Position numbers and translations under genes: made by a program | Shown here: positions 36,316-49,119 of the stretch, piece after piece | How positions within the stretch are numbered: the stretch's first letter is position 1 | Layout of the letters: the number at the start of each line of letters is the position of its first letter | The notes under the pieces: model-generated | What the model saw: the letters and a program-made list of their open reading frames with translations, nothing else | The model's database searches: none | What the model was told of the DNA's origin: nothing | Assembly (NCBI RefSeq): GCF_963921235.1 | Contig: NC_086097.1 | Coordinates: 120,034,001 to 120,098,000, forward strand | Direction: 5' to 3' | Length of the DNA: 64,000 nt | Source of the DNA: Mobula hypostoma | Taxonomy: Eukaryota

Positions 36316-39300
36316 TAAAGTTAACATGAAGATGTACTGATTTGCTATAAGTGTTGCCAAATTAGAAATCATTTGAATTTTGGCCTCCAACCATCCACTG
36401 AGAGCTAATATCTCACTATTGACTGAAACAATTGGAATTTTGCTGCCAAAGATGGATTTCCACACTACCTCTCCACAATTTCAGATAGGGGTGATAAAAA
36501 TTTCTTAAAGGCTTTCTCAATACATCTTTCTATCAGAGATACAGAAAGCAACGTGCCAACAGATAATAGGAAAAAATTGTACCAAAAGGAAAGGATATAG
36601 ATCAGTTTTGTTCACCATGAACTCTTATAAGCATTAGGAATTTTCTGTGATGTGTTGGCATGACAAGCAACAAAAAACAACAGTATTCAACAATTATAAA
36701 TAAAAATAAATAATTACATAAAATAATGTTAAAGGTTAAGCTATGGATATACAATAAAATGTGTATAAATACTTAAGTGCCAGCATATGTTTACAATGTA
36801 AACAGCATGATAAAAAGCGATTTAAAGTATCTACAGTGCAGTGGAATGCAGTGACTGAGACAATAGAGGGGGGTTAGAGGTGGGGGCTAAATGGAATGAT
36901 TATAAACAATAGACAATAGGTGCAGGACTAGACCATTCGGCCCTTCCAGTCAGCACCGCCATTTACGATCATGGCTGATCGTCCATAATCAGTATCCAGT
37001 TCCTGCCTTATCCCCATAACCTTTGATTCCACTATCTTTAAGAGCTCTATCCATCTCTTTCTTGAAAGCATCCAGAGACTTGGCCTCCACTGCATTCTGG
37101 GACAGAGTATTCCACATATCCACCACTCTCTGGGTGAAAAAGTTTTTCCTCAACTCCGTTCTAAATGGCCTACCCCTTATTCTTAAACTGTGGCCTCTGA
37201 TTCTGGACTCACCCATCAGCGGGAACATGCTTCCTGCCTCCAGCGTGTCCAAACCCTTAATAATCTTATATGTTTCAATCAGATCCCCTTTCAACCTTCT
37301 AAATTCCAGTGTATACAAGCCCAGTCGCTCCAATCTCTCAACATATGACAGTCCTGCCATCCTGGGAACTAACCTTGTGAACTTACGCTGCACTCCCTCC
37401 TCAAACATGGAGACCAAAACTGCACACAATACTCCAGGTGTGGTCTCACCAGGGCCCTGTACAGCTGCAGAAGGACCTCTTTGCTCCTATACTCAATTCC
37501 CCTTGTTATGAAGGCCAGCATTCCATTAGCTTTCTTCACTGCCTGCTGTACCTGCATGCTTGCTTTCAGTGACTGATGTACAAGAACACCTAGATCTCGT
37601 TGTACTTCCCCTTTTCCTAACTTGACTCAATTTAGATAATAACCTGCCTTCCTGTTCTTACCACCAAAGTGGATAACCTCACATTTATCCATATTAAACT
37701 GCATCTGCCATGCATCCGCCCACTCACCCGCCTGTCCAAGTCACCCTGCATTCTCATAAGACCCTCCTCACATGTCACACTGCCACCCAGCTTTGTGCCA
37801 TCTGAAAATTTGCTAATGTTATTTTTAATCCCTTCATCTAAGTCATTAATGTATATTGTTAACAGGTGCGGTCCCAGCACTGAACCCTGCTGTACCCCAC
37901 TGGTCACCGGCTGCCATTCTGAAAGGGACCTGTTAATTGCTACTCTTTGTTTCCTGTCAGCCAGCCAACTTTTAATCCATGTCAGCGCTCTGCCCCCAAT
38001 ACCATGTGCCCTAATTTTGCCCACTAATCTCCTATGTGGGACTTTATCAAAGGCTTTCTGAAAGTCCAGGTACACTACATTCACTGGCCCTCCCTTGTCT
38101 ATTTTCACAGTTACATCCTCAAAAAATTCCAGAGGATAAGTCAAGCACAATTTTCCCTTCGTAAATCCATGCTGACTCAGACCTATCCTGTTACTACTAT
38201 CCAAATGTGTCATAATTTCATCTTTTATAATTGACTCCAGCATCTTTCCCACCACTGACGTCAGGCTAACCGGTCTATAATTCCCTGTTTTCTCTCTCCC
38301 TCCTTTCTTGAAAAGTGGGACAACATTAGCCACCCTCCAATCCACGGGAACTGATCCTGAATCTATAGAACATTGGAAAATGATTACCAGTGCATCCACT
38401 ATTTCTAAAGCCACCTCCTTAAGTACCTGGGATGCAGACCATCAGCTCCCGGGGACTTATCAGCCTTCAGACCCAACAGTCTATCCAACACCATTTCCTG
38501 CCTAATATAAATTTCCTTCAGTTTATCCATTACCCTAGGTCTTTTGGCCACTATTACATCTGGGAGATTGTTTGTGTCTTTCCTAGAGAAGATAGATCCA
38601 AAGTACCTGTTCAACTCATTTACCATTTCCTTGTTCCCCATAATAAATTCACCCGTTTCTGTCTTCAAGGGCCCAATTTTGGTTTTAACTGTTGTTTTCC
38701 TTTCCACATACCTAAAGAAGCTTTTACTATCCTCCTTATGCTCTTAGCTAGTTTACCTTCATACCTCATTTGTTCTCCACGTATTGCCTTTTCAGTTATC
38801 GTCTGTTGCTCTTTAAAAGTTTCCCAATCCTCTGGCTTCCCATTCATCTTTGTTATGTTATACTTCCTCTCTTTTATTTTTATACTGTCCATTACTTCCC
38901 TTGTCAGCCACGGCCTCTGCTTACTCCCCTTAGGATCTTCCTTCCTCTTTGGAATGAACTGATCCTGCACCTTCTGCATTATTCCCAGAAATACCTGCCA
39001 TTGTTGTTCCACTGTCATCCCTGCTAGGGTATTGTTCCATTGAACTTTGGCCAGCTCCTCCCTCATAGCTCCATAGTTCCCTTTGTTCAACTGTAATGGT
39101 CACAACCTCCGAATGTCTCCTTTACCTCGAGGTCCCTGATCAAATCTGGTTCATTGCACAACACTAAATCTAGAATTGCCTTCTCTCTGGTAGGCTCCAG
39201 TACAAGCTGTTCTAAGAATCCATCTCGGAGGCACTCCAAAAACTCCCTTTCTTGGGGTCCAGTACCAACCTGATTCTTCCTGTCTGCCTGCATGTTGAAA

Positions 39301-39668
39301 TTTCCCATAACAACTGTAGCATTAACTTTGCGACATGCCAATTTTAACTCTTGGTTCAAGGTATACCCTACATCCAGACTACCGTTTGGGGGCCTGTAGA
39401 TAACTCCCATTAGGGTCTTTCTACCCTTAGAATTTCTCAGTTCTATCCATACTGACTCTACGTCTCCTGATTCTATGTCCCCCCCTCGCAAGGGACTGAA
39501 TATCATTCCTCACCATCAGAGCCACCCCACTCCCTCTGCCCATCAGTCTGTCCTTTCGATAGGATGTATACCCTTGAATATTCATTTCCCAGGCCCTGTC
39601 CACTTGAAGCCATGTCTCTGTTATTCCCACAACATCATATTTGCCAATTTCCAACTGTGCCTCAAGCT

Positions 39669-40622
39669 CATAGAAACCATAGAAAAACTACAGCACAGAA
39701 ACAGGCCTTTTGGCCCTTCTTGGCTGTGCCAAACCATTTTCTGCCTAGTCCCACTGACCTGTACACGGACCATATCCTTCCATACACCTCCCATCCATGT
39801 ATCTGTCCAACTTATTCTTAAATGTTAAAAAATAACCTGCATTTACCACCTCGTCTGGCAGCTCATTCCATACTCCCACCACTCTCTGTGTGAAGAAGCC
39901 CCCCTAATGTTCCCTTTAAACTTTTCCCCCCTCACCCTAAACCCACGTCCTCTTGTTTTTTTCTCCCCTTGCCTCAGTGGAAAAAGCCTGCTTGCATTCA
40001 CTCTATCTATACCCATCATAACTTTATATACCTCTATCAAATCTCCCCTCATTCTTCTACGCTCCAGGGAATAAAGTCCTAACCTATTCAACCTTTCTCT
40101 GTGACTGAGTTTCTCAAGTCCTGGCAACATCCTTGTAAACCCTCTCTGCACTTTTTCAACCTTATTTATATCCTTCCTGTAATTTGGTGACCAAAACTGA
40201 ACACAATAGTCCAGATTCGGCCTCACCAGTGCCTTATACAACCTCATCATAACATTCCAGCTCTTATACTCAATACTTTGATTAATAAAGGCCAATGTAC
40301 CAAAAGCTCTCTTTATGACCCTATCTACGCCACTTTTATGACGCCACTTTTAGGGAATTTTGTATCTGTATTCCCAGATCCCTCTGTTCTACTGCACTCG
40401 TCAGTGCCTTACCATTAACCCTGTATGTTCTACGTTGGTTTGTCCTTCCAATGTGCAATACCTCACACTTGTCTGTATTAAACTCCATCTGCCATTTTTC
40501 AGCCCATTTTTCCAGCTGGTCCAAGTCCCTCTGCAGGCTCTGAAAACCTTCCTCACTGTCTACTACACCTCCAGTCTTTGTATCATCAGCAAATTTGCTG
40601 ATCCAATTTACCACATTATCAT
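39669..40622 (-). mobile_element. Nested young CR1 3' part
   Basis: Nearly identical to 25655-26150 over the shared part; own tail catagaaaccatagaaa; host APE splits at NKVD|ELEAQ. Confidence 0.92.
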
Positions 40623-40848
40623 CTACTTTATTTCTTATACTTCGTGCATTCATATATAATACTTTTAATACATTACTTTCCTCACATTTCATATCAATTC
40701 CTATTTCACTTGGCCATACTGTTTGATCCCTTCTTGAGCTTTCTGCTCCATTGATTCTGTTGTCTTTCTTAACTTTTCTTATTCTCACTTTCCCTTTAAC
40801 TCCATCCTTATATTTGCAGTTCGTCCCCTCCCCTCCCCCCCTGACTAC

Positions 40849-41757
40849 TTAGTTTAAACACACCCGTGTTGCAGTGGGAAACCTGCTTGCCAGAATGCCG
40901 GTCCCCCGCCTATTAAGGTGCAACCCGTTCCTTTTGTACAATTCATCCTTACCCCAAAACATACCCCAGTGGTCCAAGAATGTAAATCCTTGCTTCCTGC
41001 ACCAGTTCCTCAGCCACACATTCAGATCCATTATCTCCCTATTCCTGCCCTTTCCAGCACGAGGAACTGGAAGCAAACCGGAGATAACCACCCTGGAAGT
41101 CCTGCTTTTCAGCCTTCTTCTGAGTTCTCTGAAGTCACTCTGTAGAATGTCTTTCCTCTTCTTCCCCACGTCATCTGTGCCAACATGCACCACCGCTTCT
41201 GGATGTTCACCTTCACCCTTGAGGATTCCCTGCACCCGGTCCGTGACGTCCTGGATTCTGGCACCAGGGAGGCAACACACCATCCTTAAATCCTGCCTGT
41301 TGCTGCAGAAACCCCTACCTGTACCTGTCACTATGGAGTCCTCTACTACCACGGCTCTGCCTGACGTCTGTCTCCTCGGCTTTGCTTCAGAGCCAATTTT
41401 CGACTCGCAGACCTGACCGCCTCTCAGGCTGGCAGTGTCTTCTGTCCCGACAGCTTCCAAGACAGTGAACCTGTTTATGAGAGGTACATCCCCCGGGATC
41501 TCTGGTACTTCAAGCATCCTTTCCTTCCTCATCGTCGCCTCCCCCCCCCCCCCACCACCCTTCTGGTATCCTCGGTGTAACAACCTAGCTGTAGGCCTGT
41601 TCAGAAAACTTTCGTTTTCCTGGATGAACCTGAGGTCATCCAGTTGCTTCTCCAGTGCTGCAACATGGTCCTCCAGAAGCTGAACCTGGACACATTTTCC
41701 ACAGTTGTAGGAGCCAGAGGCACCATCAGTGTCCCTGACCTCCCACATCATGCACAT
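40849..41757 (-). CDS. CR1 ORF1 protein (Cys-rich N-terminus, coiled coil, SGNH esterase-like domain)
   Basis: Open frame with CGKC, VVVEDSIV, CCLPGA, VHVGTDD, SGLLP, NGLHLN; true start uncertain and GDS/DxxH-type motifs altered. Confidence 0.75.
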   Translation of the reverse strand: MCMMWEVRDTDGASGSYNCGKCVQVQLLEDHVAALEKQLDDLRFIQENESFLNRPTARLLHRGYQKGGGGGGEATMRKERMLEVPEIPGDVPLINRFTVLEAVGTEDTASLRGGQVCESKIGSEAKPRRQTSGRAVVVEDSIVTGTGRGFCSNRQDLRMVCCLPGARIQDVTDRVQGILKGEGEHPEAVVHVGTDDVGKKRKDILQSDFRELRRRLKSRTSRVVISGLLPVPRAGKGRNREIMDLNVWLRNWCRKQGFTFLDHWGMFWGKDELYKRNGLHLNRRGTGILASRFPTATRVCLN

Positions 41758-42195
41758 TAATTGATTAACTACCTGCAAACTGCTGTGAAAACAACTAGAA
41801 AGAATCTTTCACGTACCTTTCACCCAAACTAGGAAGTATATGTCTGCAGATACTACAGAACACAGGAGTGGTAACAATTTAGTAAGGAGATAAATCATTG
41901 GTTGCTTTACTTCAAAGTTATTTATCTAAACTAAATTGTTTAATTTTATGTAAAGGGATTCACAATTTATTGACCAACATTTGAAAGGTGGTTGAGAATA
42001 ATACTGTATCTGGAACCTGTGCAGACACTCAGATGAATATAGTTTCAGAGTGCTGGTGTGGAAGAAGCTTCAGGGTTTAGAATCGGTGGCAAAGAAGGAA
42101 AGACAATATGTGTCAAAGTCAGAATTCTGTTGAACTATTGGACGGGAACTTATAGATTAACTTATAGTGATGCCTTGTACCTGTTCTTGTATTTC

Positions 42196-42470
42196 TTGGT
42201 AGTAGTGGTCAAATATCTAGGAGATACTGAGGACATTTTCTAGGCTCTGCATTGTGTAATGATGTCCTTGGACCTACAATGCAATGGTGGAGGAAGTAAC
42301 ATGTTACTACACATATGACTTTCTAAAAGTAATTATTATCTTAGTGGTCCAATATTTAGGAGATGCTGGTGACATTGTTTAAGCTATGCATTTTGCCAGT
42401 GATGTCCTTACAAATACATTGCTGTGGTAGCACCTTATTACATATATGACATGTTACTAAAAGTAGCCCT
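42196..42470. repeat. Old tandem duplication, period about 139 bp
   Basis: tagtggtc..atat.taggagat.ctg.gacatt at 42203 and 42342. Confidence 0.75.
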
Positions 42471-42849
42471 AAAGTGTCTTGAAAGACGTACTCAACCAAT
42501 GCAGAAGATTTGGGAGATTATTCACAGTAGAAAAAATATTGCATGTGCTATGGACAGAGAAGCAAATTCACACAAACACTGAAAATCAGGGGTAATGTTC
42601 TGTCGCCCAACACTTCAAGGAACAAAATTAACATGTAAAATGGATAAAAGACAGAATTTGATAAGAATTGAAAGTAGACATTACCTGAGACAGATTATAT
42701 TGTGATAAGGAGATTAGTACAATTGTGCTTGATTTTTTAAAAATATGTAAGCTCACTTGTCTTTTATTGTGAAGAATACTGGGGTAGGTGCTATTCTGCT
42801 TTGTTCAGGTTGTCATTGTGTGGAATCACTAATTGTGTTGAGTTGAGAA

Positions 42850-43126
42850 TTACAGCCTCAGGATAAAGGGGCGCCCAGAGAAAATTTGTTAGCCAAAGGA
42901 TGGTGAATTTGTGGAATTTGTTGTCATGTGCAGCTGTGAAGGCCACGTCGTAGGGTGAATTTAATGCAGAGATTGATAGGTTCTAGATTGGACATGGCAT
43001 CAAAGGTTACTGGAAGAAGGCCAGGAATTGGGGTTGAGGAGGAGAAAAAAGGAACAGCCCTGATTGAATGGCGGAGTAGACTCGATAGGCCAGATGGCCT
43101 ATTTCTGCTCCTATGTCTTATGGTCT
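42850..43126 (+). mobile_element. CR1 3' end
   Basis: Similar to 14390-14680; tail cctatgtcttatggtc. Confidence 0.8.
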
Positions 43127-43249
43127 AACATTAACAACATCTTCATTGCGTTGCTACACTGAGATTGTTGTTAACAGCGTTCTGAGTGGCATTTGTCAGT
43201 CAGAGCAGCATGGGTTTTTGTGTTTCGAAGTGCCCGGCCTCCCCTTCTC

Positions 43250-43880
43250 TGTCATTTCTCCCTGATGATAATGACCATATTTCCTGCTACTGGCAAATCC
43301 CCACCATCCTACCAACCTCATTACAGCATTTGGTAATCCTGCCTATCAATGTATCCCACACTTCACTCATCTCATTGGCAACTGCGATAATTTGTGATGA
43401 GCCCACATATAATCTGTTGAAGCACCATTAAAGGTACATCTTCCAAAGTGACTCCTTTATCTACTTGTCCCTCCCCAATGATCTCTCTTTCTGGAACTTG
43501 TACATGAAAGCATGGCAAGTGCTACACTTGCCCCTACTCCTCCCTCCTTACCACCAGTCAGGGCCCAAAGCATTCCTACTAACTAAGGTGACACTTTATT
43601 TGCGAGTCTTTTAAGGTCATTTAAAGTATTTGCTACTCCCATTGCAGCCTCCACTATATCAATGAGACTTGATGTGCGCTTTGTTGAGGACCTTTGCTCT
43701 GTCTGTCCCAAAAGGTGGGATTTCCCAGTGACCACGTATTTCAATTTTATTTCCTTTTCTCATTCTGACATACTGTATTTGTCCATGACCTCCTCTACTG
43801 CCACAATGAGACCATGTTCAGGTTGGAGGAGCAACACCTCAGATTCCATCTGGGTAACCTTCTACCTATTTCTCTAACAT
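43250..43880 (+). mobile_element. Penelope-like ORF end (GIY-YIG region), decayed; continues at 47616-47985
   Basis: aagtgctacacttgcccc (KCYTCP), cagcctccactatatcaatgagact (decayed YIGET), ggttggaggagcaacacctc (RLEEQHL). Confidence 0.75.
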
Positions 43881-43884
43881 CTGA

Positions 43885-46800
43885 TTCGGAGCAGAAAGAC
43901 TGCGAGTGGAATGGCTAAGAATTTCCGGAGAGAAGGCATTTTACTACTCGAGGTAAAAGAGAGGCAAGACTGTGCAGGCATGTGACGTCAGCCAGTAGAG
44001 CAGGAAAAGTTTAAAAAGAAGACTGCCATACACAGCGGGCAGCGGAGTGAGAGGTAGCAGTGTGGTAGGGCTTTGGCTCAACGAGTTTAGGCTGTCACGA
44101 GGCGAGGTAGGTTTACCTGTGTTAATTGCGGAAAGGAGGTGGCATGTGTGTGAGGCTGGTTTTCTGTGCTCAGTGTCAGATGTGGGAGGCCCAGGAGTCT
44201 CCCAGCCTCCCGGACGGCCATATCTGCACCCAGTGTGTGGCGCTGCAGCTCCTATGGGACCGCGTTAGGGAACTGGAGATGCAGCTCAATGACCTTTGTA
44301 TATTCAGGGAGAGCGAGGAGGTGATGGAAAGAAGTTATAGGCAGGCGATCACACCGGGGCCATGGGAGACAGACAAGTATGTCACAGTCAGGGGAGGGAG
44401 AGTACCCCTGTGGCTGGAGAGTACCCCTGTGGCTGGACCCCATGACAATAAGTACTCCTGTTTGAGTACTGTTGCGGGGGACAGCCTATCTGCGGAAGCA
44501 ACAGTGGCCACACCTCTGGCATGGATTCTGGCCCTGTGGCTTAGAAGGGTGGGGAAAGGAAGAGGAAGGCTGTAGTGATAGGGGACTCTTATAGTTAGGG
44601 GGTCAGACAGGCGATTCTGTGGACGCAGGCAAGAAACTTGGATGGTAGTTTGCCTCCCAGATGCCAGGGCCCCAGATGTTTCAGATCACGTCCAAGATGT
44701 CCTGCAGTGGGAAGGAGAACAGCCAAGGTGGTGGTACATATTGGTACCAACGACATAGGTAGGAAAAGGGAAGAGGTCCTGAAAACAGACTACGGGAGTT
44801 AGGAAGGAAGTTGAGAAGCAGGACCGCAAAGGTAGTAATCTAGGGATTACTGCCTGTGCCACATGACAGTGAGTATAGGAGTAGAATGAGGTGGAGGATA
44901 AATGCGTGGCTGAGGGATTAGAGCAGGGGGCAGGGATTCAGATTTCTGGATCATTGGGACCTTTTTTGGGCTAGGTGTGACCTGTACAAAAAGGATGGGT
45001 TGCACTTGAATCCCAGGGGGACCAATATCCTGGCAGGAAGGTTTGCTAAGGCTACTGGGAAGAGTTTAAGCTAGAATTGTTGGGGGGTGGGAACCAAACT
45101 GAAGAGATGGAGGAAGAGGCAGTTGGCTCACAAATAGAGAAAGCTTAGAGACAGTGTGTTAGGGAGGATAGGCAGGTGATAGAGAAGGGACGTGCTCAGA
45201 TGGATGGTTTGATATGTGTCTATTTTAACGCAAGGAGTATTGTGAACAAAGCAGATGAGCGTAGAGCATGGATCAGTACTTGGAGCTATGATGTGGCGGC
45301 CATTACAGAGACTTGGATGGCTCGGGGACAGGAATGGTTACTTCAAGTGCTGGGTTTTAGATGTTTCAGAAAGGACAGGAAGGGAGGCAAAAGAGGTGGG
45401 GGCGTGGCACTGTTCATCAGGGATCGTGTCACGGCTGCAGAAAAGGTGGACGTCATGGAGGGATTGTCTACGGAGTCTCTGTGGGTGGCGGTTAACAACA
45501 GGAAGGGGTCAATAACTTTACCAGGTGTTTTTTACAGGCTGCCCAATAGTAACAGGGATATTGATGAGCAGATAGGGAAACAGATCCTGGAAAGTTGTAA
45601 TAATAACAGAGTTGTCGTGATGGGAGATTTTAATTTCCTAAATATTGATTGTAACCTCCTTAGAGCAAGGGGTTTAGATGGGGTAGAGTTTGTTTGGTGT
45701 GTTCAGGAAGGTTTCTTGACACAATATGTAGATAAGCCTACAAGAGGAGAGACTGTACTTGATTTGGTATTGGGAAATGAAACTGGTCAGGTGTCAGAAA
45801 TCTCAGTGGGAGAGTACTTTGGAGATAGTGATGATAATTCTATCTCCTTTACAATAACATTGGAGAGAGATAGGAATAGGCAAGTTAGAAAAGGGTTTAA
45901 TTGGAGTAATGGGAATTATGAGGCTATCAGGCAGGAAATTGGAAGCTTCAATTGGGAACAGATGTTCTCAGGGATAAGTACGGAAGAAAAAAAGCAAATG
46001 TTCAGGGGATATTTGTATGGAGTTCTGCATAGGTATGTTCCAATGAGACAGGGAAGTTATAATAGAGTACAGGAACCATGGTGTACAAAGGCTGAAATAA
46101 ATCTAGTCAAGAAGAAAAGAAAAGCTTACAAAAGGTTCAGAGAGCTAGGTAATATTAGAGATCTAGAAGATTATAAGGCTAACAGGAAGGAGCTGAAAAA
46201 GGAAATTAGGAGAGTCATAAGGGGCCATAAGAAGGCCTTTGCAGGCAGGATTAAGGAAAACCCCAAGGCATTCCACAAGTATGTGAAGAGTAAGAGGATA
46301 AGATGTGAAAGAGTAGGACCTGTCAAGTGTGACAGTGGGAAAGTGTGTATGGAACCGGAAGAAATAGCAGAGGTACTTAATGAATACTTTACTTCAGTAT
46401 TGAGGATGTGGCTAAACACATTGATGAAAGAAGAGCAGTAGATGTCGTGTATATGAATTTCAGCAAGGCATTTGATAAGGTACCCCATGCAAGGCTTCTT
46501 GTGAAAGTAAGGTAGCATGGGATCCAAGGGCACATTACTTTGTGGATCCAGAACTGGCTTGCCCACAGAAGGAAAAGAGTGGTTGTAGATGGGTCATATT
46601 CTGAATGGAGGTCAGTGACCAGTGGTGTGCCTCAGGGATTTGTTCTGGGACCCTTACTCTTCGTGATTTTTATAAATGACCTGGATGAGGAAGTGGATGG
46701 ATGAGTTAATAAGTTTGCTGATGACACAAAGGTTGGAGGTGTTGTGGATAGTGTGGAGGGCTGTCAGAGGTTACAGAGGGACATTGATAGGATGCAAGTC

Positions 46801-47615
46801 TGGGCTGAGAAGTGGCAATTGGAGTTCAACCCAGATAAGTGTGAGGTGGTTCATTTTGGTAGGTCAATTATGATGGCAGAATATAGTATTAATGGTAAGA
46901 CTCTGGGTAGTGTAGAGGATCAGAAGGATCTTGGTGTCTGAGTCCATAGGATGCTCAAAGCAGCTGTGCAGGTTGATTCTGTGGTTAAGAAGGCATACGG
47001 TTTATTGGACTTCATTAATTGTGCAATTGAATTTAGGAGCTGAGAGGTAATGTTGCAGCTATATAGGACACTGGTCAGACCCCACTTGGAGTACTGTGCT
47101 CAGTTCCGGTTGCCTCACTACAGGAAGGACATGGAAACCATAGAATGGGTGCAGAGGAGATTTACAAGGATGTTGCCTGAACTGGGGAGCATGCCTTATG
47201 AAAACAGGTTGAGTGAACTTGGTCTTTTCTCCTTGGAGTGACGGAGGATAAGAGGTGACCTGATAGAGGTATATAAGATGATGAGAGGCATTGATCGCGT
47301 GGTTAGTCAGAGGCTTTTTCCCAGGGCTGAAATGACTGCCACAAGATGACACAGGTTTAAGGTGCTGGGGAGTAGTTACTGTTGTCAGGGTAAGTTTTCT
47401 ATGCAGAGAGTGGTGAGTGCGTGGAATGGGCTGCCGGCAACGGTGGTGGAGGCGGATACCATAGGGTCTTTTAAGAAACTTTTGGATAGGTACACAGAGC
47501 TTAGAAAAATAGAGGGCTATGGGCAAGCCTAGTAATTTCTATGGTAGGGATATATTTGGTACAACTTTGTGGGCCGAAGGGCCTGCATTGTGCTGTAGGT
47601 TTTCTATGTTTCTAT
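43885..47615 (+). mobile_element. Essentially full-length CR1 LINE with internal ORF2 deletion
   Basis: 5' UTR; ORF1 from about 44144 (CAQCQMWE..HICTQC, GDS, HIGTND, DGLHL, frameshifted); ORF2 APE in 45176..46441; RT FADD at 46713; tail tttctatgtttcta. Confidence 0.95.
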
Positions 47616-47985
47616 CAGGTAATTTCTCCCCCTCCTACTTCTGACTTTTTACGTTCCCCATTCTCGTTCCCCTCTCATCCTTTCTCTTCCCCTCACCTGC
47701 CCATCACCTCTCTCGTGCCCCTCTCCTTTCCCTTTCTTCCACAGTCCACTGTCCTCTCCTGTTAAATATCTTCTTCTTCAGCCCCTTACCTCTTCCATCT
47801 ATCATCTCCCAACTTCTTACTTCATCCTCCCCCTTCTTCCATCCACCCATTTTCTCCCTTACCAGCCTTACCAGGTTTAACCTAGTACTTGTCAGCTGTA
47901 CTCATTCCACTCCTCCCACCCTCTGCCCCCTTCTATTCCAGTCCTGATGAATAGTCTTGATCTGAAATGTTGACAGTTTATTTCA
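47616..47985 (+). mobile_element. Penelope-like 3' UTR and terminus with decayed hammerhead
   Basis: Pyrimidine-rich tract, then ccagtcctgatgaatagtcttgatctgaaatgttgac. Confidence 0.75.
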
Positions 47986-47989
47986 GGTC

Positions 47990-48930
47990 ATCTGGTGTTC
48001 TGTTATCTTGTCCCCTTGACCTTACTCCTTACTAGAACATTACCAGATCTTGAACTCTGATCAGCTAGTCTTCAAACAACATCACATTTCAGATGTGGAT
48101 TGGACCAAAAACAGGTGCTCCTAGTCAATGCTCCTTATTTTCCTGTCATAATTTGCCCTCCTATCATTTAGTACCTTCCTGAAAGTTCCAATTTTATCCT
48201 TACTCATAACTATCTTATAACATAATTCCCAAAATATTCACCCACTATCAGGTCTGTCATCTGGTCCAACTTATTTCCAAAACTAGGTGAAGTATGATCT
48301 CTCCTCTAGTTCACTTCTCCACATACTGTTTCAAGAATCCCTCTTGAATGCACTGAAAAAAAAATCCTCCCCTATCTAAGCTTATTGTATTAAAGAAGTT
48401 CCCGTCAATACTGAGGAAGTTAAAGTTCCCCACTATGATAATCGTGCTGTTTCTACACCTTTCCAAAATACGTCTGCACAACTATTACTTAATCAGAGTA
48501 AGAATCGGATTTATCATCACTAATATGTCTTGAAAATTGTTTTGCATTGCATTACAGAGCAAACATATAAAATTCCTGTACATTGCAAAATAAATACATA
48601 GAGCACAAAGAAGGAGTTATGAAGTAGTGCTCTTAGGTTCATGGACAGTTTAGATATCTGATGGCAGAGAGGAAGAAGTTGTTCCTAAGTCACTAAGTGT
48701 GTGCACAGGCTTTTGTACCTCCTCTCTTCTGGCTGTAATGACAAGCAAGCAAGACAGAGTAATTGCATCTTCCCATTTCTGAGTTCCACCCAAAATACCT
48801 CTGTGGATGAGACCTCCAGTATGTCCTCTCTGAGTACTTCTGTGACATACTGCCTTATCAGTAGTGCAACTCCTCCACCTCTTTTATCCCCCTTTCTATC
48901 ATGTCTAGAACAATGAAACCACAAATGAAC
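47990..48930 (-). mobile_element. Old CR1 endonuclease region, split by a Rex1 tail (about 48490-48740)
   Basis: ORF 48685..48924 RHDRKGDKRGGGVALLIR..WVELRN; GNFN-like motif near 48420. Confidence 0.65.
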
Positions 48931-48949
48931 TTCAGTACACTCTGAGCTG

Positions 48950-49110
48950 TAATAGTGTTATGCTAGCCATTATATTACCAAGGTGCCCAGTTGGTTACTG
49001 CAAATTCGGAGTTCAATTCTGGTGCCATCTGTAAGGAGTCTATACATCCTCCCCTTGGAATGTGTGGGTTTTCTCTCGGTGCTCTGATTTCCTCCCACAG
49101 TCTAAAGAAA
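48950..49110 (+). mobile_element. HE1/V-type SINE 5' part
   Basis: gagttcaattc B-box-like motif; gtgggttttctctcggtgctctgatttcctcccacagtctaaaga core. Confidence 0.7.
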
Positions 49111-49119
49111 GCTGACCGT

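Larger units (their letters stand above)
36903..41757 (-). mobile_element. Near-full-length CR1 LINE (ORF1 plus frameshifted ORF2), interrupted by a second CR1
   Basis: ORF1 40849..41778; APE motifs NARSIRNK, ITETWL, GVIYRPP, GNFN, CDH (40680-39090); RT 37632..38414; C-terminus 36989..37557; tail at 36903. Confidence 0.95.

Noticed and set aside
36989..41683. Many plus-strand ORFs
   Set aside because: Antisense shadows of minus-strand CR1 coding sequence.
45176..46441. 421-aa ORF as a host gene
   Set aside because: It is the CR1 ORF2 endonuclease/linker, ended by a deletion frameshift.
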